Shown here in pieces: positions 55,065 through 64,000 of a stretch of DNA of 64,000 nucleotides. Below the pieces are notes generated by a model that was not told where the DNA came from, ran no database searches, and saw only the letters and a list, made by a program, of their open reading frames with translations. The DNA is taken from positions 4,340,001 through 4,404,000 of the forward strand of contig OZ059898.1 in the NCBI GenBank assembly GCA_964057225.1, given 5' to 3'. The stretch's first letter is position 1; each line of letters starts with the position of its first letter. The position numbers were made by a program, and so were the translations under genes. This DNA is from Auanema rhodensis (lineage: Eukaryota > Animalia > Nematoda).

Positions 55065-56889
55065 TTAAAATTCCATGCTGTCCTTTGGACGATTGGTAAC
55101 TTCTACAGTAGTTATAATTCTGCCATCTTCTGTTTCCTTAGACTCCAGCTCACGTCTAACCTCTGGTGATATAAGGTAATGTCCTTGGAACTAAAACAAG
55201 AAATGCTTTTAGCTTATGAATTAAAAATTACTCTGATCAGATCAAGAATGCTTGCTTTCTGAGTTTCATTCAAATCATTTTTGTAACGTTGACAAAGAGC
55301 TAAAAGACATTGATGCCATAATACAGGCATGTCTCTTTCTTCATTCTTCATTCTATAAACAACAATATATTCCACTAAAACTTCATGATAACATACCTAA
55401 TAAAATGAGCAGCAACAGCGTCAATGGCCTTGTAAGGTAAGGCATATTTTTTATCAATGAGAGCGCGGAGGAAAACAGAATTTGCTCCAGTATAGGGCAT
55501 TTCAGCAATCTGAAACCTAGATATTAAGTAATACTTTCATACAAAAAAACCTTGAGCATGGCAGCTGCGGCATGGAACATAGGAATTGACACTTTTGACA
55601 AAACCGATCCAAATATCATAGCTTCACGTAATGTACAAGTTCCAGACTAAACATTAATCAATAAAAAAAATAAAAAGTACAAAATTACTTCACAAAGAGG
55701 TAGGATCATTCCTTTGAAGAAAGCAGCCGGCTTGTACATTGATTTACATAATGCTTGATACAAATGAAAATTAAGTTTTTTAAATTCATCAATATCATCT
55801 CTTAAGCGGGGTAAAAGAACCAGATTATAAAATCTATAAAGCACGCAAGCTTAGAACAATATTACATGTCCAGTAAAAATACCTTTGACACATTCGAGGA
55901 TTCAAATTTGAAGCAAATATTCTTGTAGCTTCGTACACAGCTGCAGCTGACCAGTTATCAGGGTCAGTTAAACTAAAATCAAATATTTTGATATTAGTTA
56001 GAAATAAGAGACCTACTAAAGAATTTGTTCCCAATTAACCATTTTTGGAATAATTTTAAAAGCCTTAGGAATTTTTCCAGAGCGGTATCTAGCCAGAAGT
56101 GTACCTACTTCTTTGAACATTTCCACTACTTCAGGATCTAAGTCTCGGATCTTAAATATTAAATACGACGTTTAATACGCTCACTAATTCGATCAAACAA
56201 ACATTGAACTCCTGAGGATCAACAGTACTGAAAGAACACTCAGCATCAGCTTTCTTTTGCTCGATTTTCTCCTGAACGACTTCGTATTTTAAAATTCATT
56301 TCCGAAAGTATATACCTGAATAATATCGTACAGTGTTTTTTGAACAGGGGCATCCTCCTTTTTAACCATAAATTTGAGCAATTCTTCTTCATCTTGAGGG
56401 TTAATTTCCTATCAATATTCAAAATAAAACAAGAGAATGAGAATAATGATGTTACAATTATTTGATCGTCATAGTCGTCGTCGTGATCAGGAAAATCATC
56501 AACATCAGAATCTTGATCTTTTGCACCTAAGCTAACATGTCGTAATCTGCAAAATTTCCAAAAAAAATTATATGTTTAACGGTAAAGCAGACCTTTTATT
56601 GGCATCAATGTTAGTTTCATCTTCTTCAAACTCTTCTTGTAATTGCTTACGAGCTTCTTTCAAAATTTTAGTCGATATATCAGTGGGAATAAACTAAGTG
56701 GCAAAAATAAATAAATAATTATTAATGAAATTAAGAACATACTTCTGACTTTTCATCATTTCTTTTTCTTTTAGATTTTTCTCTAGCATTTGCACGCTCA
56801 GTAACAGCATTTCCTGTTTCAATTTGCTTATCAAGAGCACCAGCAGGCTTAATAAGATCTCCTCCTTTCAATTTACGACTTTTGCCCAT
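55065..56889 (-). CDS. byn-1: Bystin/Enp1 40S biogenesis factor
   Basis: [113 protein letters not shown]. Confidence 0.96.
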
Positions 56890-57756
56890 CCTATTTATAA
56901 AAAATTATTTATATTTAAAAAATAACAATGAAATTATGTAAAAATATTATAGGGAACAAATGAATTAAATTTACGCAAATAGCGAAAGATAGGGTCGTTG
57001 ACGTAAATTCGGTGTTTTAATACGTTTGAAGAAACACTGATTTAGTCAATTTTTCAGTTTCATCTCATATCAATAGTATTTATTTTTGTTTTATTAATTG
57101 AATGTGTTTGAAATTTGCGTAGAACTTTAGATTAGATTGTTGAAATATATCTCGTTATATTTGAACAGATCTCGGCTTTACTTTTCTTAATTCTGGCTGA
57201 ATATTCAATTATTTTTAACTCAAAAATATTTAAGCTCCCAAAAAAAAATGCTTTTATTAACTGTTTGATATTTTTTTTGTAGTAAAGTAATAAATTTGAC
57301 TTCGTATGTATTCAGATAGAAAATTAATTCAAGTTTTGCAACTTTGGTTGGTATAATAAACAAATAACTGCTAAGGATTTATTGCAATCCAAAGAAGATA
57401 ACGGAAAAAATTATAAAAAAAAACAACAGAAAATGTGAAGGATAGTAAAAATATCATAACAACACTACGTAAGTAATTTTTCCTAATTTAGAAATTTTAT
57501 TTGGCTGCCACAAGGCTTATATATGATACATTCTATGCTAAGTATACAATAATGTGACAACACCAGTATGTTTCGAAGATAGAAGACTACTTGGAAGCTT
57601 AATAATAAGGTGAATATTAAAACAGTAGCTATCTGGAGATCTGAAAGTCATGGGAAATATGAAACAAGGGCAAAGCAAAACGTTTGAGATATGCGATTAC
57701 AAGTAAATTTTACCACGCAACTACGCGAAAATGTATATAAGTTAAACGAGAGACGA

Positions 57757-60700
57757 CTAGCATTGTTGTCTGTTCTCAGCTGTAGTTCCATCATCTAATT
57801 CGATATTAAGACTTTGGAAAGAATCCATTAACTCTGATTCTTCCAAATATAAAAAAGGGTCAAAATCTGCTCCTAGAGGGGCGATCTGAAGTAATATGTA
57901 TTATATCATATATGTGAAAGTTTAGCTTACAGTTTCTACATGCTTCAACTCTTCCGGAAAATAAACTGGCTCAGAAAACGATAAAGATTCCGGATCTGGT
58001 AAGACTTGTACATTGCGCTTTTTGCGCAAACTGGGAGGAAGGGTAAGTGGACTAGATTGGGTATGATGATCAGAAACACATTCAGTTTTAACAGACATGA
58101 TATTGAATGGCAAAGATGGCTGAAAGTATTTAAATTTAGTAAATTAGAGTGCATTTCATAAAACTTACATAGTTATCGTAATGGAGACTGCTCAATGCCT
58201 GAGTAGCTACATTTAGCTGTCCGACTAGAGAATGAGTATTTGAAAAGGTGAAAGAATCTGAAAAACATGTTTAATAATAATCATTATTTTAAAATTACTC
58301 ACTAAAAAGTGGCTTGTAAGGCCTGAAAGATACTTCAGAAGGCTTCACATCATCAGGAGATAAAACATTTGAATCTTTATAATTTACATCCTGCTGATTC
58401 ATAGCCAATACAGGAAGTTGAGAATCCAGAGAATTTTGAGATGTATCAAAAGATGGGGATTCCGAAAGGCAGGATGGCACAGGTGAATTGAAAGGTGCAT
58501 GTACATCATTTGATGCAGTGAGAACAGCTTGAGAAGCTGGAATTCCTAATATCCGCTGTCTTTCGACATTCTAAACTCATATAATTATTAATGTACTTTA
58601 GTTTTAAGTAAAACCTCTAGAATATCAAAAACTGCACTAATGCTGCTCTGCAAACGGCTGTCAGTAGCTGACTCAGTTGTTGTGTCTTCGTACAGAGGAA
58701 CATATTCGGCTAAATCGTTTTCCTGCACTGCTTGAGATCCTATTTTAACGATATTATTTTAAATTAAATAATCTTAAAACTTACTTTTAACAACAGAATG
58801 ATCATAATTCCTCATCATAGGTATAGCAGCAACTCCTACTCCACCATCGGGAGCATGATCACCCCATAAGGTATCAGGATCCAATTCAAAATTATTCTAA
58901 ATATAATATTTTATAAGAAATAATAGATGTTTAATCTTACGTGTTCATATTCATTATCAAAACTGCCCACTACTCTATTGTCTACAATTGTGGCAGATGT
59001 AACTTCCGGTTTTGCATCAAGCTCATTAAAGGAGAGAGAACTCTACAATTTTATAAATATAGAAACTCAAAAATAGAAATTAATTACCTTGACAGAATTA
59101 TTGAAATAAAACGATTGGGGTGAAGAATATAGGAGGCCTTTATCAGACTTTCGATTGTGATCCAGCATGATTTCGAAAAGTTCTTTATCATAAGGTAATC
59201 CCAAACGGTTCAGAATAGTCTCATAATATGATGAATATTGTAAGATATTCTTAATCAAAAAGCTCGAACTGCCAATTTCTTTCTTTTCTGTAGATCCATT
59301 AGAAGTTGAATCACAGCCAGAAGAGGATGATTCGGCAGGGCTATGAGTTGAAGCAAACGCTGAACCACTTGTAATACCACTATTGCCTCGATCATCAAAA
59401 TCAAATCGCACAGATTTTGTGGCCACAGGCTTAGTGCATTCAGATTTAGCAGGTGAAGTTGTAGAGCTGCTGTCATCTAACTGTTGATGAATAGCTTGAG
59501 CTTGAGCAGCTTGCAACAACATTAATTGCTGAGCTTGTGCAACATGTTGAGCCATTGTTCGCTGTTGGTGAATTGCTAGATTCAGAACATTTGGAGGACT
59601 AATCATTAACTGCTGCTTCTAAACATATTGTGATTATAAAAAATGAATATTTAAACTAACTTTTCTTCTTCCTCCCGTATTTCGAGGCTTGTTACGTTTG
59701 GCTTTTTCATATTCTTCGTCTCCGTGTACAGTTTTAATATGCTTTCGAAGAGAAGACGGGTCAGTATAGCATTTTCTACAAGCTCCCACAGTACATCCAT
59801 AAGGTTTTTCATCAGAGTGGGTCCGATTCTGGTGCTTGGCACGATCACTAGCATTGCTAAAAGCTTTAGTACATCCAGGATGCTCACATGCATAAGGTCT
59901 GAAGAAATATTAAATTAAATTCTATCTGTTTATAGTTAACTTACTTTTCACCCGTATGAGTTCTTACATGAGTTTTTAAGTTTTCAAGTCTACTGTATGC
60001 TTTATTACAATCTTTTAACTGAAATATTTGAAAATTATTTAAATATTCTCTATGTTAAAGTTTACCGGGCAATAGTTTGGTTTCTCTCCTGTATGTCTTC
60101 TTAAATGAACTACTAGCATATACATTGCTCGAAAGGGTTCCGTACGATCACAATCTTTCCATTGGCAAACCCAAAGCCTATCGCAAGCATCAACATGTAT
60201 CCGAAGGTGAGTAATCAAAGCCTATTAAAAGAAAAAAAATAAATTATATGATTATGATGAATGATCTTACTCTAAGTGTTGAGAACATCAAACGACATTC
60301 ACCCCAGAAACATTGAATATCTTCCATAGATTCAACGTCAATCATTTCACTGTTAGACGGTGAATCACAATTTCGTAAATTTTTCTTACAAATCACTGGA
60401 TTTTTTGTAAGACCGAGATCGAACGATGGTCTTTTAAACGTGCCAGGTGGTCGTCCAATACGTTTTCCCTAAAGAATATTTAATAATATACATCGAATAT
60501 TTGGATTACTTACACTTGGATATGTTCTGGGAGGGTTAACGGGTACAGGCAAGGTAGCTTTTCCAGGAGAATTACAGTCGGATTCGAAAGAATTAGCATT
60601 AGATACAGGAACAAGTTCAGGTTTCTCAGGCGAAGTAGGGATATTTGGCAAGTTCAAATGAGATGTCTAGAAATATATTATTTTTATAATTTGAACAACA

Positions 60701-63700
60701 AAAAAATCATTTTAACTTACAGAAGGGGCAGAAAAGGGAATAATACTTTGGGGAGGTGTTTCGGGTTTTGTTTCCGTAACAGTTGAACTAGGAGTAACCG
60801 GCAGGAAAGGGCTATTCTGAAATCAAATAAGAAAGGTTTTTTTTAATTTGTTGAATGCTTACTTGTAATGAACAATACATATTAAGCTGTTGCTGTAGAA
60901 CAGATTGATTGGGTTGAGGAACAACAGAAGATGATTGAATTGGTAATTTTCTTTTTTCAGCAGCTCGAAGCAAATTCTGAGTTTGAATTGCAGCTGAAGT
61001 TGTATAATATTAAAAAAAGTAAAAAATTTTTAACCCTTACCAACTGAAGGAAAGTTTGAGTATTCATACTGTGCTGCATTCGATAAAAATTCTTGAGCTG
61101 ACTGCGAACTGACAGTTGCGGGTTTCAATTCGATCATAGATATGGCATTGCTAAGGGAAGACGACGCAGTGTACCCGTCCAGCGGTCGAGGCTCGTCTTT
61201 GACAGAAACCATGGGTGAAGCAGCATCACTAGTAGTAGTTGAAGCCGGAGCCAAGGCTGCTACTCGGTCCACAGTAATGGATGCACTTGACGGTGTTTCT
61301 AATGATAACGAAACAGCAGATGAGAGACCAAGTGGCAGTCGTATTGGAGCAGACGAACTGGGTGGACTTAGAACCGTAGGCGTAGCTGGAGAGTTGGAAT
61401 ATGAGAATAATTCACAATGGCAGCCCGAATCTCGGGAATGATTAGGAAAAAAGTCTGGATAACCATGTGAATAATCAAATTGATAAGGATAAAACTGGTT
61501 TTCATAAGCTGGTGTACAGTTATATTCTTGAGTTTTGTATTCTGTGGGTTCCAAATCATAACGAAAACGTTTGGCAGCATATAATCCATTGCAATCTTCA
61601 AAATCCGGAATTGCAAAGGAATCTGATCCCAAACAAGAGTTATTGGAACAAAAATAGCTAGCTGGCTCATTTTGAATTGGTGGAGAGTTATGTTTGGAAG
61701 GATATATGCCAAGCATTTGAAGAGCACGGATTACCCCTCGTTTCTTTCTACCTTTGCGTGGCTCATTCATTACCTATACTAAAAATTAAAGTGGAAGCTT
61801 CAAATAGCGAAAATGAGAATTAAAACACGAAAAGAGTAATATAAGTAGGATGTCTCTCACAAAAAATGTTTCACAAATAGTAAGAGGAGGCAGGCCATTA
61901 ACGCTTACATGCAAACTCATTTATATAGCTCAAGTGATTAGTCCATTTATGGCCCATCTATCGGCGACAAGTTTACAACCTTATGTTGAGCATATTGAGC
62001 ATAATAGGGATTATGAAAGAGATAAACTTGTCGTATCGGGACCAAAAAAAGGATTTCTTTACATTCTTGAGCATCATGCATGATTATGGATGATCGTGTC
62101 ATTTGGAATAGCTTGAACAACTCAGGAGCACATAATACTAAACAATACCAAAAACAAAGTAATTTGATTATAAATTGAAAAAAGTGCAATTTAATGTAAA
62201 ACTTTTTAAAATTTCATGGTTGACAAAAAAAATTCGATAGACCACCCATAATATAATTGGTCATGAGTGCATGATAAGAATACCAAATCTCTTGCATTCA
62301 TCAATGATTAGTAAGTCAAACTTGAAATTACATCATAATAATACAATCGTAAAGTTGATTAATAAAAAGTTTTACTATCAAATATGAAAATTATACTTTT
62401 AGAGAAAAGGAAATTATGAGTTATTCTAACGCAGATTTTGCATGTGAGCGGTTGTTGTCAAAGGCTTTAAAAGAATGGAACATTTGATTTAGATAAAAGC
62501 TTTAAATTCAAAGAGTTTTAAATGTCTTTTTCTTTCTTCATTTCAGGTTTTTATATTCGGCTCAAAAATCTAGTCATTTATATCTTATATGTTTTACACG
62601 ATTACGCATAAGAATAGACTAACGTGATATATGGTTGCGAATAACCTTGTCTTTGCCGCATTATGTCTTCTATCTTATACATTTTTTTAGTTTTTCTTCA
62701 TTTCTTTTTTTTTATAAGTTTATATAGATATGTATATAAACTTATACAAAAACATACATGTTTGTATAAAAATTGAAAATTATACATCATCTGCATTTCA
62801 TTTTTTGAAGAAAAAAAATGAAAAAGAAAAGAAATTTGAATGAAATATTTTTCTTCAAATCTTTTTCTAATTTCATGAGTCCTACAAATTGATACCATGC
62901 ACACATGAACATATACGCATCTGCAGAGATTGAATACAGGAGAGGTTTACGACTATTGTTTCCCGCTGTTCAAATCAATTCATCTGCTAATGAGAAATAG
63001 ACTTAAATCTATTCTATATTCTATATATATAAATATCTTAATTTTTACTTTTTAAAGTTTTTAATATTATTGCCTTTCTACTTAAATTAGCATAAAGATT
63101 GTCAAAAGACTATTTAACTGTAGGGATGGATAGATAGATGCTACACTTATATAGGTCTCGGATTAGGCTTAGCCCCCAGCGCGTTTATCCTTTTTTTTTT
63201 CTTCTACCCCCCACCTCATCCAGCATCTATTATGACCTATGTTGACATATAGAATCATGATCAACTAGTAAAAAAGCGGTAACGAACAGCTTTGACAGTT
63301 TTGATTTGTTGCAACATAAGTAAGTAAAACATAAAACAAACTAAGAATAAATAAATAAAGATTAAAACATATAGTTATATGTATATTTGACTAATTAAAT
63401 ATATAAATTATTATCAATATATGATATATTTCACTATTATCCAGACTTCTTATATAAGTAGTAGTAATATGTTAAACAAACTTACGTTGTATCGTATTAT
63501 CAAGTGTAAAGCCTATCACCGGTGGCCGAGAAACCGTTTGGTACATAGCTACAGGCTGTGCTGGCGTTATCTGAATAATTTGTTTGTTAAAAACATAAAA
63601 TATATCATATCCAAACATAATAATATAATTAAAATAATTTTTATGAATCTTACCTGTAATGGACCAGTAGGCAATGTCATCCTGGCCAACTGATTCTGTT

Positions 63701-63713
63701 GCTGTAGCAACAT
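57757..63713 (-). CDS. tra-1: Gli-family five-C2H2-finger sex-determination transcription factor TRA-1
   Basis: Fingers with [74 protein letters not shown], plus nematode TRA-1 flanks [10 protein letters not shown] and [10 protein letters not shown]. The 5'-most exon 63654-63714 splices in frame to 61773 but is less certain, and more exons may lie beyond the window. Confidence 0.93.
62240..62248. promoter_or_regulatory. Perfect Gli/TRA-1 core binding site GACCACCCA in the tra-1 5' intron
   Basis: Exact match to the Gli consensus (TGGGTGGTC on the minus strand), ~470 bp upstream of the large tra-1 exon. Confidence 0.55.
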
Positions 63714-64000
63714 CCTAAAACAGAAAATGAATAAATGATATGAAACTTTTTTTTCTTATAGAAAAAATAAATTTTTGTACATATTTGTGAATATAAATTA
63801 ATATATATATATATAGATATAGATATATATAGATCTAAATATATATATATATAGATATTGATATAAATATATAAAAAAAATAAATAATATCAAAAGATCT
63901 TTTAATATAGGTTATAAATAGGTAGGTTGCTTGATCGATTTGAAGGACATAAAAATACAAATATCACGATTTATTGCTTATATTAACGGAGGAAGATATT

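Noticed and set aside
1-64000. tRNA, rRNA, CRISPR arrays or bacterial inserts
   Set aside because: None seen; isolated GTTCGA hits lack a cloverleaf, and all intact genes are intron-rich.

Overview
AT-rich eukaryotic genomic DNA from a rhabditid-type nematode (cuticle collagen, TTTCAG acceptors, mostly 42-55 nt introns); the species cannot be determined from sequence alone. I spliced gene models by hand because the ORF track only catches single exons. In order: an unknown coiled-coil gene running off the left edge (-), cuticle collagen (+), ankyrin-repeat/SOCS-box protein (+), ~9.5 kb gene-poor region with a long inverted repeat, dnj-24-like DnaJ (+), epg-3/VMP1 (+), unc-25/GAD (+), then an accessory-looking block (divergent ETS-like gene, three Tc1/mariner relics, fukutin/LicD gene, atypical bZIP), a degenerate Patched-related gene (-), an unknown membrane protein with two alternative first exons (-), coq-2 (-), byn-1/bystin (-) and tra-1/Gli (-). 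The best candidate for something undescribed is in coq-2. Its ubiquinone/rhodoquinone mutually exclusive exons are present, and the introns flanking the ubiquinone-type exon carry complementary GC-rich arms that could loop it out, next to an RBFOX/SUP-12-like element. Other highlights are an ETS-like domain lacking the DNA-contacting arginines, a perfect Gli site inside tra-1, and a GG-ending intron. Coordinates were counted by hand and may be off by a few bases.
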